Notes under the pieces: model-generated
Seen by the model: the letters and a program-made list of their open reading frames with translations, nothing else
Told to the model about the DNA's origin: nothing
Databases searched by the model: none
Shown here: positions 54,326 through 63,940 of the stretch, piece by piece
How positions within the stretch are numbered: position 1 is the stretch's first letter
Layout of the letters: each line of letters opens with the position of its first letter
Assembly: GCA_031422675.1 (NCBI GenBank)
Contig: JANPMG010000002.1
Coordinates: forward strand, 4,379 to 68,378
DNA from: Acidimicrobiia bacterium
GTDB taxonomy: Bacteria; Actinomycetota; Acidimicrobiia; IMCC26256; JAENVU01
Length of the DNA stretch: 64,000 bases
Direction: 5' to 3'
Program-made: the position numbers and the translations under genes

Positions 54326-55633
54326 TCATGGTCCGAGTCCTTCGATGCGGAACGCGCGGACGGGGGTCTGGCGACCCTTCACGAGCTGCTCGCCGAGGTC
54401 GTCATGCGCCGGCACGGTCTCGAGCGCGTCGAGGGTCGACTTCGCGACGACAACACAGCCGGCCGGTCGAGCCAGATCCTGGAGTCGTTGCGCCAAGTTC
54501 ACCGTGTCGCCGACGAGCGTGTACTCGAGGTGCTCTTCGGATCCGAGCATCGCCGCGGCGACGAGACCGGTGGAGATTCCGATTCCGAGTCCGAACGGTG
54601 CGAGGCCGCGCTGCGCCCAGTCGCCATCGAGTTCGACCTGGGCGCGGATCATGGCGAGCGCAGCGTCGAGACCGCGCTGCGCGTGGCTCGGTTGAGGAAC
54701 GGGCGCACCGAAACATGCCATCACCGCGTCCCCGACGAACTGCATGACCGTGCCGTCACGGTCGAGGATCGCCCGGTTCATCGCGGCGCGATGTTCGTTG
54801 AGCTGGCCGGCGAGCGCGCTCGGGTCCGCCTGCTCGGCAATGGCCGAGTAACCGCGTACGTCCGACATCAACACCGTGACCGTCAACTCCTCGGTCTCGC
54901 CGATCCGGCCGCCCCCGGCGCGAACTTTCGCGGCGACGCCGGTCGGCAACGATCGACTCAGTGTCTCGCCCTGCTCTTCGCGATCGACGATCGCTTGGTG
55001 GAGGAGACGGAGCCGGCGCAACGCGCTGGATCCCCCTGTCCTGGCTTCCTCCGAGAGCTTGACGAACATCGCTTCCACCGCAGTTGCGATCGCGGCCGGC
55101 GTCGTGCGCTCCATTGCCGCGATGGCCTTGATCGGCTTGCCCTCGGCGACGAGTTGGAGCAGCCGATCCTGCTCTGCGCTGAGGCCGCTGTCCTGCGCGA
55201 CAGGCGAGACGATCGCGGCGACGATCTTGGGGTCGAGCAGCGATCCGCCCGCCGCGACTTCGCGCACACTCCGCGCGAGCTGGTCGCCCTCCGCGATGCT
55301 GTCCTTCAGAAGGTAGGCGTAGCCCGCGGCACCGTCGGACAGCAACGCCACCGCGTACTCGGGGTCGTCGTACTGGGACAGGACCACCACCCCCATGCCG
55401 GGGTGGCGGCGGCGCAGCTCCTTGGCCGCATCGATGCCCTCCTGCTGGAACGTCGGTGGCATCCGAATGTCGGTGACCAGGACCTGGGGCGCGGCGTCGG
55501 TTGCACCGGTCATCAGCGTTTCGTAGTCGCCGGCGACGCCGACGATCTCGATGTCGGATTCCATGGTCAGGAGCGCCCGCACGCCCTCCCGGACGATGAC
55601 GTTGTCGTCGGCGAGGAACACACGGATCGGCAC
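54326..55633 (-). CDS. Response regulator receiver + LuxR-like HTH + class III adenylate/guanylate cyclase fusion
   Basis: REC: IRVFLADDNVIVREGV...VLVTDIRMPP. HTH-like: LSAEQDRLLQLVAEGKPIKAIAA. Cyclase: VTVLMSDVRGYSA...MQFVGDAVMACFG...YTLVGDTVNLAQRL...VKGRQTPVRAF. I prefer the GTG 55633 start; the alternative, ATG 55789, adds 52 disordered residues. Confidence 0.85.
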   Translation of the reverse strand: MPIRVFLADDNVIVREGVRALLTMESDIEIVGVAGDYETLMTGATDAAPQVLVTDIRMPPTFQQEGIDAAKELRRRHPGMGVVVLSQYDDPEYAVALLSDGAAGYAYLLKDSIAEGDQLARSVREVAAGGSLLDPKIVAAIVSPVAQDSGLSAEQDRLLQLVAEGKPIKAIAAMERTTPAAIATAVEAMFVKLSEEARTGGSSALRRLRLLHQAIVDREEQGETLSRSLPTGVAAKVRAGGGRIGETEELTVTVLMSDVRGYSAIAEQADPSALAGQLNEHRAAMNRAILDRDGTVMQFVGDAVMACFGAPVPQPSHAQRGLDAALAMIRAQVELDGDWAQRGLAPFGLGIGISTGLVAAAMLGSEEHLEYTLVGDTVNLAQRLQDLARPAGCVVVAKSTLDALETVPAHDDLGEQLVKGRQTPVRAFRIEGLGP

Positions 55634-55787
55634 CCGATCAGCATTCCTGCTCGGCGCGGCCGGAGCAAGGTGGTTCGTGCCCGCATCCGTGGTGGGGCTA
55701 TCACCCCCACGATGTTGGGGCTTGCGCCCTCGATCGCGGGCCGGCTCGGCCGTACCGTGAGCTTCGCCGGCCCTGGAGGGAGACGAC

Positions 55788-56786
55788 ATGCGTATCGAGA
55801 GTTCGGTCACATCCGTTTCGTGGATCCCGTCCGAAGCCGTGAGCGGCTTGAACAGGGGAGCCTTCGAATCTGGGTTCACGCACTACGACAACCCCCCGCC
55901 GGAGCGGATCGCGAACCTCGCTGCGCTCGGTGACGCGGACGGGTTCCGGTTCGCCAACCGGCTCGCGGCGTGGATCGACGTCGACGCCGATGGCCGGATC
56001 GCGGACGCGGGTTACGCCGGTGGGGGTGTGATGGGGGCGACCACGATTCGTCTCGGTCCGAAAGCCGCGACGTTCGAAGCGGTTGCCCTCGATGATCTCC
56101 AGACTGATGTGGTCCGCCTCGGACACGCGGTGCGCTTCGTGCAGACGACGGGCGGCAGAACCGCGCTCCCGGCGCCGCGTCGCGTCAACCGGCCACCCTT
56201 CGTGCAGTTCCGGGCGCCGACGGTGTGGACCACGCTCGCGCTCACGATCCGCACCGACGGAACGACCGAACACGAGGTGGTGGGCGCGAGCAAGTTCCCG
56301 CGCCACTGGATCTATGACGCGCGCCTCGAGCTGGTGGAGAAGATCGGACTCGCGGACTTCAAGGGGTGGTACCGCAACTCGTTCGGGCGCAAGACGCCGT
56401 GGGGGAATGAGAACTCGCCGGCGCTGGTGACGGCGGTCGAGACGGCACTCGAGCGACGCCTCTCCACCACGATCATGCGCGGTGGCACGAAGCCCGACGT
56501 GCGGACGGTGAAGGCCGGTGCGACGCTGGTCAGACAGGGTGACCCCGGGGACGAGTTGTTCCTCGTCCTCGACGGCGTGCTGCGGGTCGATGTGGACGGT
56601 GTGGCCATCGGCGAACTCGGCCCGGGTGCGGTGCTCGGCGAGCGGGCCGTGCTCGAAGGGGGTACCCGAACCTCCACCTTGACCGCGGCGACGAAGTGTC
56701 GGATCGCGGCGGTGCCGGCGGATCTCCTGGACCGTGAGGCTCTCGAAGCCCTGCGCACCGGCCACCGCCGCGAGGCGAAGGATTGA
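55788..56786 (+). CDS. Protein with an N-terminal domain of about 235 aa (unknown function) and a C-terminal cyclic-nucleotide-binding (CAP/CNB) domain
   Basis: The C-terminus, VKAGATLVRQGDPGDELFLVLDGVLRVDVDG..IGELGPGAVLGERAVLEGGTRTSTLTAATKCRIAAV, matches the cNMP-binding beta-barrel with a phosphate-binding cassette. The N-terminal part has no motif I recognise. Confidence 0.8.
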   Translation: MRIESSVTSVSWIPSEAVSGLNRGAFESGFTHYDNPPPERIANLAALGDADGFRFANRLAAWIDVDADGRIADAGYAGGGVMGATTIRLGPKAATFEAVALDDLQTDVVRLGHAVRFVQTTGGRTALPAPRRVNRPPFVQFRAPTVWTTLALTIRTDGTTEHEVVGASKFPRHWIYDARLELVEKIGLADFKGWYRNSFGRKTPWGNENSPALVTAVETALERRLSTTIMRGGTKPDVRTVKAGATLVRQGDPGDELFLVLDGVLRVDVDGVAIGELGPGAVLGERAVLEGGTRTSTLTAATKCRIAAVPADLLDREALEALRTGHRREAKD

Positions 56787-56949
56787 CTCGACTCACTGAT
56801 CTCGACGAACCGTATGAATCGGATGAAACCCGATGAAAAGCTCTCCCCATAAATGGGGATATCGGCCTATCTAGTGCGTACAGCCCGAGACAGTTGGAAC
56901 CCGACAAACGTACTATCGACTCCTTCTTCGGGCGATAGGGAGTTTGTCA

Positions 56950-59900
56950 GTGGTTGGTACAGCACGTCGTCTCTTCGCGGCCTTCGCCGGTGCGACCGTC
57001 GTTCTCTCCGGGCTGGCGGGACTCGGACTGGCGGGACTCGGGCCGGTCGGAGTCGGGCCGGCCGGCGCGGCGCCGACCGCCGGGATTCCGTCATTGTCGC
57101 TGAATCGCGCGTACACCACGGCACCGTTCGCCGGTACTGCAACCGCCGCGTCGGGGCAGGAGGGTTCCGCCTTCGTCCCGGCCGACAACGCGGTGTGGTT
57201 GGCGGACCCCACTAAGGCGTACGAAGTGGACGCCACCACCGACGCGTTGCGGCGGGTCATCCCGACCGCGAACTTCACCAACGCGCTCCCGGTCGGGGGG
57301 GTCGGTGCACCCGCCGGCGCCAGCCGCAGTGATTCCTTCGCCGCGGTGGCGTACGACCCGAGCGCGGACGCGCTCTATGTGTTCTCGCGCAACTGTTGCA
57401 CCGCGCTCGGCCTGGACCCGACGGTGTTCCGCCTCCTGCGGGACGGCGGCGGCGCGTTCCAGGTCGAGTCGTATCAAGCCCTGCCCGCGGGTATCGACCC
57501 GAAGGGTGCCGGCTACCGCGCCGGCGTCGGCCTGTACTTCGGCAAGGGCGCCAAGATCCGGACGTACGACTACGCGACGAACGGCCTCGGCGCCGACATC
57601 ACCATCCCCGGCATCGATGCCGCCGTCGGCGGTATGGCGTTCTCGCCGGACGGCAACGACCTGTACCTCACCACGTTCGTGGCTGCGGTCAGTCCCAACC
57701 CGGCGAGCATCAAGCTCGTGCGAATCAACACCGCCACGTGGACGGTCGTGCCGAACTGGAATCTCGACCTGACGTCGTTCGGTGTCCTCGACCCCCGGGC
57801 GGTCGAGCTGGTGGGTGACCAGATCTACGTCTCCGACGGCGGTGCTCGTCCGGCCGGCGATCCGTTGCGGCGGGCCGTCTTCGTGTTCGACGTGTTGGAC
57901 CTGAGCGTCCAACCGACCGCATCCTTCAGCGCCACCCCGGTCGCGGGTCAGTTCCCGCTTCCGGTGCAGTTCAGCGACACGAGTCAGGGCGGTCCCACGA
58001 GTTGGGCATGGGACTTCGGCGACGGCGCCACGTCGAACCTCACGAACCCGACCCACACCTACGCCGTCGCCGGGAGCTACACGGTCACCTTGACTGTCAC
58101 GAACTCGAAGGGCACCGACACCTCGACCCGGACGGATCTCGTCACGGTCCAGGATCAGCTCCCGATCGCGGGCTTCACCGCCACCCCGACCACCGGCCAG
58201 TACCCGCTGGCGGTCGACTTCACCGACACGAGCGTCAAGCACCCGATCTCCTGGGCGTGGGACTTCGGCGACGGTTCGACGTCGACGGCGCAGAACCCGT
58301 CACACACCTACGCCAATCCCGGCAACTACGCCGTGTCGTTGACCGTCACCAACGGCACGGGCTCGAACACGCGCGTGCGCTCGGACTTCATCCACGCCGT
58401 CGCCGGTACCACCACGTTGACGCCCGTCGCGGACTCCTACGTGCGCTCGGACCAGGCCAACGCGAACTTCGGGACCCAGACCACGCTCCAGGCCCAGTTG
58501 AACTCAGCGTCGTACCAGCCGTTCGTCCGATTCGATGTTGGTTCACTTCCGCAGCAGCCCACCAGCGCGACGCTGCGATTGTTCGTCACCGACTCGGGTA
58601 CGACGACCGGGGTCCTGCGCCAGACCACCGCGACCTGGGGTGAGGCGGCCCTCACGTGGAACAACAAGCCGTCCACGACCGGGCCACAGATCGGGACCGC
58701 CGCGGTTCCGACTGCGGGGTCGTGGGTCGAACTCGACGTGAGTTCGGTGGTCACGACCGCGGGCGCGTACGGCTTCGTGCTGACGAACAACAGCTCGGAC
58801 CCGGTCGCCTATTCGAGCCGTCAGGGCGCAAATCCGCCCCAGCTGCGACTCACGTTCGCCACCGCGCCGACGACCAACCTCCCGAACCCGCCGAATGTCG
58901 GGCTGCGCCTCAACCGCGCGTTCACCACGTCGCCGTTCCGCGGCACCGCGACGTCGGCCCGTGACGAAGAAGGTTCGGCCTACGTCCCGTCCGACAACGC
59001 GCTGTGGCTCATGGACGACAACGCCGGTCGCATGTACGAGACCGATGCCACCACCGGTGATCTGCGCCGCGTGATCCCGACCGCCGACTTCACGAATGCC
59101 TTGCCGGTTGGCGGCGGTGCCGCAGCGGGACCGACGCGTACCGACGACCTCGAGTCGTTGTCCTATGACCCGACCACCGACACGCTCTACGTTGCAAGCG
59201 GCAACTGTTGCGGGGTCGCGCCGTTCAACCCCACGATCTTCGAACTGACTCGTGACGGCGCCGGCCGATTCCAGGTCAAAGACTTCAACGCGCTGCCCGA
59301 AGGCACTGATCCCACCGGCTCGGCGTGGCGCGCCGGTCCCGGCGGCGGGATCCACTTCGTCAAAGGTCAGAACATCACCCCGTACGACTTCGCCACCAAC
59401 ACGGTCGGGACCCCGATTCAGGTCCTGGGTGTGGATGTCGGGCTCGTGGGTGCAACGTTCACCCCCGACGGGCAAGATCTGCTGGTCACCAGTCACCTGA
59501 ACAAGCTCTACCGGGTGGACCCCTCCACGTGGAGCGTCGTCCCCGGCTGGTCCTTCGACCTGACGCCGTACGGCATCGTCGATCCGCGCGCGGTCGAGGT
59601 CGTCGGTGACCAGTTGTTCATCTCCGATGGGTACGACTCCCGCCCGGTGGGCGACCCACTCCGCTACGCGATCTTCGTGCTGGACATCGTCGACGGCTCG
59701 GACGCGCCGGTGGCTGGATTCACCGCGTCGCCCACCTCAGGCATTGCGCCCCACGTAACCACCTTCACCGATCGCAGCACCGGGGTCCCGACCGTGTGGC
59801 TGTGGAACTTCGGCGACGGCACTTCCTCCGTGGAGCAGAACCCGGCGCACTCCTACCGCGACGCGGGCACCTACAGCGTCACGCTGACGGTGACGAACTC

Positions 59901-62220
59901 CAAGGGCACCGCGACCACCACCCAGACGGACCTGGTGACGGTCGCCGTCAACCCGCCGCTCCTCAACGCGAAGTTCACCGGCACGCCGACCTCGGGGGTG
60001 GCCCCGCTGGCGGTCCAGTTCACCGATGCCAGCGTCGGCGGAGTCACCGCCTGGGCGTGGGACTTCGGTGACGGATCCACGGAGACGGTTCAGAATCCCA
60101 CGCACGTGTACGCCGCCAACGGCACGTACACGGTGAAGCTCACGGTCACGTCGGCGAGCGGCACGAACACCCGTATCCGTTCGAACTACGTGAACGTGGC
60201 CGCGGCACCCGTGACCCTCGCCGCCGCCGCCGATAGCTACGTGCGATCGAACGCGACCGGGTCGAACTTCGGTACCGAAGCCTCCGTCCAAGGTCAGAAC
60301 ACCGGTGGCCGGAACGCGGTCGTCTACCAGCCGTACTTCCGGTTCTCGGTAGGAAGCCTGCCCGCCGCGCCGACGAGTGCGAAGGTCCGCCTGTTCGTCA
60401 CCAACGCGAGCGCAACGAGCGGTCAGCTCTTCCGGACCGCCTCGGCCACCTGGTCCGAGACCGGGATCACGTGGAACAACCGGCCCGGAACCACGGGCGT
60501 GTCGCTCGGCGCAAGCCGCAACGCGCCGCTCGGCCAATGGGTCGAGTTCGACGTGAGTTCCACCGTCACCGGGCCCGGCCAGTACAGCTTCACGCTGACC
60601 AACTCGAGCAACGACCTGGTGGCGTACTCGAGTTGGCAGGGCGCGAATGCACCCCAGCTCGTGCTGAGTTTCCCGGCCCCGACGACGAGTGGGGGACTTC
60701 CCGCGCTCGCCACGCCGAGTCTGGCGTTGAGCCGCACGTTCACCGCCGCACCGTTCTCGAACACGAGCGTGCTCGCGCACGACCTCGAGGGTTCGGCCTA
60801 CGTTCCGGCCGACGACGCACTCTGGCTCTCGGACGACAACTGGGACCGCGCCTACGAAGTGGACGCGACCACGAGCATCCTGCGCCGCACGCTCGCCCGA
60901 TCGGACTTCTCCGAGGCGCTGCCGGTCGGTGGCGTGGGCGAGCCGGCCGGTCTCAGCCGGACCGACGATCTCGAGTCCATAGCGTATGACCCCGTCGGCG
61001 ATGTGCTGTACCAGTTCTCCGGGAACTGCTGTGGCGCGGGTCCGATGGATCCGACCGCGTTCCGCCTACTGCGCGACATCGACGGCAACTTCCAGGTGGA
61101 GTCGTACCAACCGTTGCCCGAGGGGACCGACCCGACCGGCGCGGGATGGCGTCCCGGAAGTGGCCTGTTCTTCACCCACGGCGGCGGTGTCGCCGACTAC
61201 GACTACGCGTCCAACACCGTCGGCGCCACCAACCTCGTGACGGGCGTCAACGGCGGCATGGCCGGCGTGACCTTCACGCCCGACGGCACACAGATGATCG
61301 TCGTCACCACGACCGATCGGTTGCAGGTGATCGACGTCGCGACGTGGACCGTGATGCCGGGGCTCGACTTCGATCTCGCGCCCCACGGAGTGGTCGACCC
61401 TCGGGCCGTGGAACTCGTGGACGGCCAACTCTTCGTCTCCGATGGCGACGACCTCCGCTCGCCCGAGGATCCGCTGGAGTACGCCGTCTTCGTCTTCGAC
61501 CTGGCCGAGGCCCCACCCTCGCCGGAGTTCACCGCCACGCCCACCTCCGGTGCCGCACCGCTGACGGTGCAGTTCACGGACGCGACCATCGGTGTCGCGA
61601 CCGGTCGGATCTGGGACTTCGGTGACGGCACGAGGTCGATCGCGACGAACCCGTCGCACGTGTACACGTCGGTCGGTCAGTACACCGTGTCACTGGTGGC
61701 GGCGAACGCGAACGGTTCGAACACCGTGACCAAGCCGAATCTGATCAGGACGACGTTCGCTCCAGTGACCACGACTGCGGTGGCGGACAGTTACGTGCGC
61801 TCGGACCGGTCCAGCTCGAACTTCGGCACGGCCACCACGATGCAGGGCTACCGGAAGGGCGGCACCACGTACGAGCCGTACTTCCGGTTCTCGGTCGGCG
61901 CGTTGCCTGCAGCACCGGTCACGGCCAAGGTCCGGCTCTTCGTGACGGACTCGAGCAATGTGACGGGTTCGCTCTATCGGTCGGCGAACACTACGTGGAC
62001 CGAGACCGGAATCACGTGGAACACGCGACCCGGCACGATTGGCGCAGCGCTGAGCGCGAGCAAGAACGCGCCACTCGGCCAGTGGGTGGAGTTCGACGTG
62101 ACGACGACGGCCACCGCCGCCGGTGAATACAGCTTCACCCTCACCGGTGCCGGCACCAACCGGGTGGCGTTCTCGAGCCGCCAGGGTGCCAACGGGCCGC
62201 AGCTCGTCCTCGGTTTCTGA
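56950..62220 (+). CDS. Giant secreted protein: 3 x [beta-rich module + PKD domain(s) + DNRLRE-like carbohydrate-binding-type domain]
   Basis: GTG 56950 follows the RBS agggag; the ORF track starts at TTG 56944. The N-terminus is signal-like. PKD signatures (WDFGDG..S....P.H.Y...G.Y.V.L.V.N) occur 5 times. DSYVRS...NFG...Y.P.FRF.V.SLP......A.LRLFVT........TW.E..ITWN..P domains occur 3 times. Confidence 0.9.
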   Translation: MVGTARRLFAAFAGATVVLSGLAGLGLAGLGPVGVGPAGAAPTAGIPSLSLNRAYTTAPFAGTATAASGQEGSAFVPADNAVWLADPTKAYEVDATTDALRRVIPTANFTNALPVGGVGAPAGASRSDSFAAVAYDPSADALYVFSRNCCTALGLDPTVFRLLRDGGGAFQVESYQALPAGIDPKGAGYRAGVGLYFGKGAKIRTYDYATNGLGADITIPGIDAAVGGMAFSPDGNDLYLTTFVAAVSPNPASIKLVRINTATWTVVPNWNLDLTSFGVLDPRAVELVGDQIYVSDGGARPAGDPLRRAVFVFDVLDLSVQPTASFSATPVAGQFPLPVQFSDTSQGGPTSWAWDFGDGATSNLTNPTHTYAVAGSYTVTLTVTNSKGTDTSTRTDLVTVQDQLPIAGFTATPTTGQYPLAVDFTDTSVKHPISWAWDFGDGSTSTAQNPSHTYANPGNYAVSLTVTNGTGSNTRVRSDFIHAVAGTTTLTPVADSYVRSDQANANFGTQTTLQAQLNSASYQPFVRFDVGSLPQQPTSATLRLFVTDSGTTTGVLRQTTATWGEAALTWNNKPSTTGPQIGTAAVPTAGSWVELDVSSVVTTAGAYGFVLTNNSSDPVAYSSRQGANPPQLRLTFATAPTTNLPNPPNVGLRLNRAFTTSPFRGTATSARDEEGSAYVPSDNALWLMDDNAGRMYETDATTGDLRRVIPTADFTNALPVGGGAAAGPTRTDDLESLSYDPTTDTLYVASGNCCGVAPFNPTIFELTRDGAGRFQVKDFNALPEGTDPTGSAWRAGPGGGIHFVKGQNITPYDFATNTVGTPIQVLGVDVGLVGATFTPDGQDLLVTSHLNKLYRVDPSTWSVVPGWSFDLTPYGIVDPRAVEVVGDQLFISDGYDSRPVGDPLRYAIFVLDIVDGSDAPVAGFTASPTSGIAPHVTTFTDRSTGVPTVWLWNFGDGTSSVEQNPAHSYRDAGTYSVTLTVTNSKGTATTTQTDLVTVAVNPPLLNAKFTGTPTSGVAPLAVQFTDASVGGVTAWAWDFGDGSTETVQNPTHVYAANGTYTVKLTVTSASGTNTRIRSNYVNVAAAPVTLAAAADSYVRSNATGSNFGTEASVQGQNTGGRNAVVYQPYFRFSVGSLPAAPTSAKVRLFVTNASATSGQLFRTASATWSETGITWNNRPGTTGVSLGASRNAPLGQWVEFDVSSTVTGPGQYSFTLTNSSNDLVAYSSWQGANAPQLVLSFPAPTTSGGLPALATPSLALSRTFTAAPFSNTSVLAHDLEGSAYVPADDALWLSDDNWDRAYEVDATTSILRRTLARSDFSEALPVGGVGEPAGLSRTDDLESIAYDPVGDVLYQFSGNCCGAGPMDPTAFRLLRDIDGNFQVESYQPLPEGTDPTGAGWRPGSGLFFTHGGGVADYDYASNTVGATNLVTGVNGGMAGVTFTPDGTQMIVVTTTDRLQVIDVATWTVMPGLDFDLAPHGVVDPRAVELVDGQLFVSDGDDLRSPEDPLEYAVFVFDLAEAPPSPEFTATPTSGAAPLTVQFTDATIGVATGRIWDFGDGTRSIATNPSHVYTSVGQYTVSLVAANANGSNTVTKPNLIRTTFAPVTTTAVADSYVRSDRSSSNFGTATTMQGYRKGGTTYEPYFRFSVGALPAAPVTAKVRLFVTDSSNVTGSLYRSANTTWTETGITWNTRPGTIGAALSASKNAPLGQWVEFDVTTTATAAGEYSFTLTGAGTNRVAFSSRQGANGPQLVLGF
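57100..62217 (+). repeat. Three tandem intragenic modules (about 1809, 1818 and 1491 nt)
   Basis: The modules start at LNRAYTTAPF (57100), LNRAFTTSPF (58909) and LSRTFTAAPF (60727). By eye they are about 50% identical at the protein level. The third lacks one PKD domain. Confidence 0.85.
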
Positions 62221-62238
62221 GTCCGTCTCGCGCGCGCG

Positions 62239-62272
62239 GTCGGGAGCCGGTCCTTCGGGACCGGCTCCCGAC
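62239..62272 (+). terminator. Strong hairpin terminator after the giant gene
   Basis: gtcgggagccggtcc-ttcg-ggaccggctcccgac, a 15-bp perfect stem with a UUCG tetraloop, 19 nt after the stop. Confidence 0.7.
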
Positions 62273-62280
62273 TCGCACTC

Positions 62281-62886
62281 ATGGCGCTCGCCGATACGAT
62301 CGTTGCCGTGGCGCGCGCAACCTTCCCCATCACCGGTGATGCCGAGGCCGATCAGCTGCTCGTGGATGATCCACTCGCGCTGTTGATCGGCATGCTCCTC
62401 GATCAACAAGTGCCGATGGAATGGGCGTTCCGGGGTCCCGCGCGATTGAAGGAACGACTCGGTGCCCTCGATGCCGGCGCGATCAGTGCCATGGCGCCCG
62501 AGGAGATCGACGCCGTCTTTCGCGAGAAGCCGGCCCTCCACCGGTTTCCCTCGGCGATGGCCAAGCGTACGCACGCGCTCTGTGCCCACATCGTCGCCGA
62601 GTACCACGGGAAGCCGGCCAAGATCTGGCAGCGCACCAAGGACCCCGAGGTCGTTTTCGAGCGCATCCGCGCTCTGCCGGGCTACGGCGACGAGAAGGCG
62701 AAGATCTTCCTGGCCATCCTGGGCAAACGCCTCGGAGTGGCGCCGGCGGGCTGGGAACGCTGCGCCGGGCCCTTCGGTGATGCCTCGCCCCGTTCGGTTG
62801 CCGACATCGATTCGGCGGAGGCCTTCGCCCGAGTGCGGGCCTGGAAGAAGGAACAGAAGGCCAAAGGAAAATCGAAGGCCCAGTAG
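62281..62886 (+). CDS. HhH-GPD-type base-excision DNA repair family protein
   Basis: DPLALLIGMLLDQQVPMEWAF.GP..L..RLG...ALHRFP..MAKR...LPGYGDEKAKIFLAILGKRLG, with a Lys-rich tail. Confidence 0.75.
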   Translation: MALADTIVAVARATFPITGDAEADQLLVDDPLALLIGMLLDQQVPMEWAFRGPARLKERLGALDAGAISAMAPEEIDAVFREKPALHRFPSAMAKRTHALCAHIVAEYHGKPAKIWQRTKDPEVVFERIRALPGYGDEKAKIFLAILGKRLGVAPAGWERCAGPFGDASPRSVADIDSAEAFARVRAWKKEQKAKGKSKAQ

Positions 62887-62987
62887 GAAGGCGGTGGTTC
62901 CCGGAGATTCGGCCCCGCCCCGACTGCACACCGCGTGCAAACTTCGTTTAGGATGACGGGTCTTCTCGAATCTTTGGGGGTTCCCTC

Positions 62988-63899
62988 GTGCGTGTTTCTC
63001 GTTTCCTCGGCGTCGCGGCCATCGGTACCGCGCTGATGGTCGTTGCCGCCGGATGTGGCAGCAGCTCGAACAAGAGTGCCGACAAGAAGGCCGAAACGCC
63101 GGCGGCCAAAGCGGACGACCACAAGATGGCGGACGACCATGGGATGTCCGCGCAAGAGATGAAGTGCATGGACAGCCAGTTCGCCAAGGACAACCCGGCC
63201 AAGTGCGAAGGCGCCGCGGTCGAGAAGCGGCCCTACACGCTGGCGAATCCGATCCGCTACACCGCCGACGGACTGGTCGACCCCGAAAGCGTGGACCTCT
63301 CGGGCGTTGCGGGGGTGGGCCCGACTCAGCAGAAGGCGGCCGAGGAACTGTTGATCTCGACGGCCAAGACACTCCCGAAGTGGGCCGACATCGAGACGGC
63401 CAAGGCCGCCGGGTTCCAGTCGATCGGCGACGGACCCACCGGTGAGGAGCACCTCCTCCGTTGGGATTGGGTGGAGGACGAGATCATCTTCGACCCGAAC
63501 CAGCCGGAGTCGCTCGTCTACAAGGTGGACCGCGCCACCAACACCAAGACGCTCGAAGCCGCGATGTATATCCTCCCGCAGAAGTACACGTTGGACACTC
63601 CGCCGGCCGATCTGGACAGCCCGCTCGTGCAGTTCCACTACCACGACAACCTCTGCTTCTCCCCGGCCACACCCACCCAGGGCCCGCAAGTTCGGGGCCT
63701 GACCAACGCCGCCGGTGAATGCGGCAAGTCCTTCAACGGTGAGCAGTTGACCAAGTTCAACCCCAACATCCAGGTGCACGTCTGGATTCGCAAGAACGAT
63801 TGCGGTCCGTTCGCGTCGCTGCTCAACGTGGGTGCCGGTCAGATCAAGGACGGCACCGAGCGTTCCTGCGTCAAGGATCACTCCGAACTCGGTCTCTAA
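62988..63899 (+). CDS. Lipoprotein of unknown function
   Basis: GTG start. Signal and lipobox MRVSRFLGVAAIGTALMVVAAGCGSS. The 303-aa body has normal composition and several Cys residues. Confidence 0.7.
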   Translation: MRVSRFLGVAAIGTALMVVAAGCGSSSNKSADKKAETPAAKADDHKMADDHGMSAQEMKCMDSQFAKDNPAKCEGAAVEKRPYTLANPIRYTADGLVDPESVDLSGVAGVGPTQQKAAEELLISTAKTLPKWADIETAKAAGFQSIGDGPTGEEHLLRWDWVEDEIIFDPNQPESLVYKVDRATNTKTLEAAMYILPQKYTLDTPPADLDSPLVQFHYHDNLCFSPATPTQGPQVRGLTNAAGECGKSFNGEQLTKFNPNIQVHVWIRKNDCGPFASLLNVGAGQIKDGTERSCVKDHSELGL

Positions 63900-63940
63900 C
63901 GCAGCCAAGCCATCGGTCCGGTGAAGCCGGACGGCCCGAG

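Noticed and set aside
55787-55790. Divergent genes with overlapping start codons (CATG: minus ATG 55789, plus ATG 55788).
   Set aside because: The 52 residues added to the cyclase-regulator by ATG 55789 are disordered and Arg/Pro-rich. GTG 55633 gives a canonical receiver N-terminus and leaves a normal 154-bp divergent promoter region.
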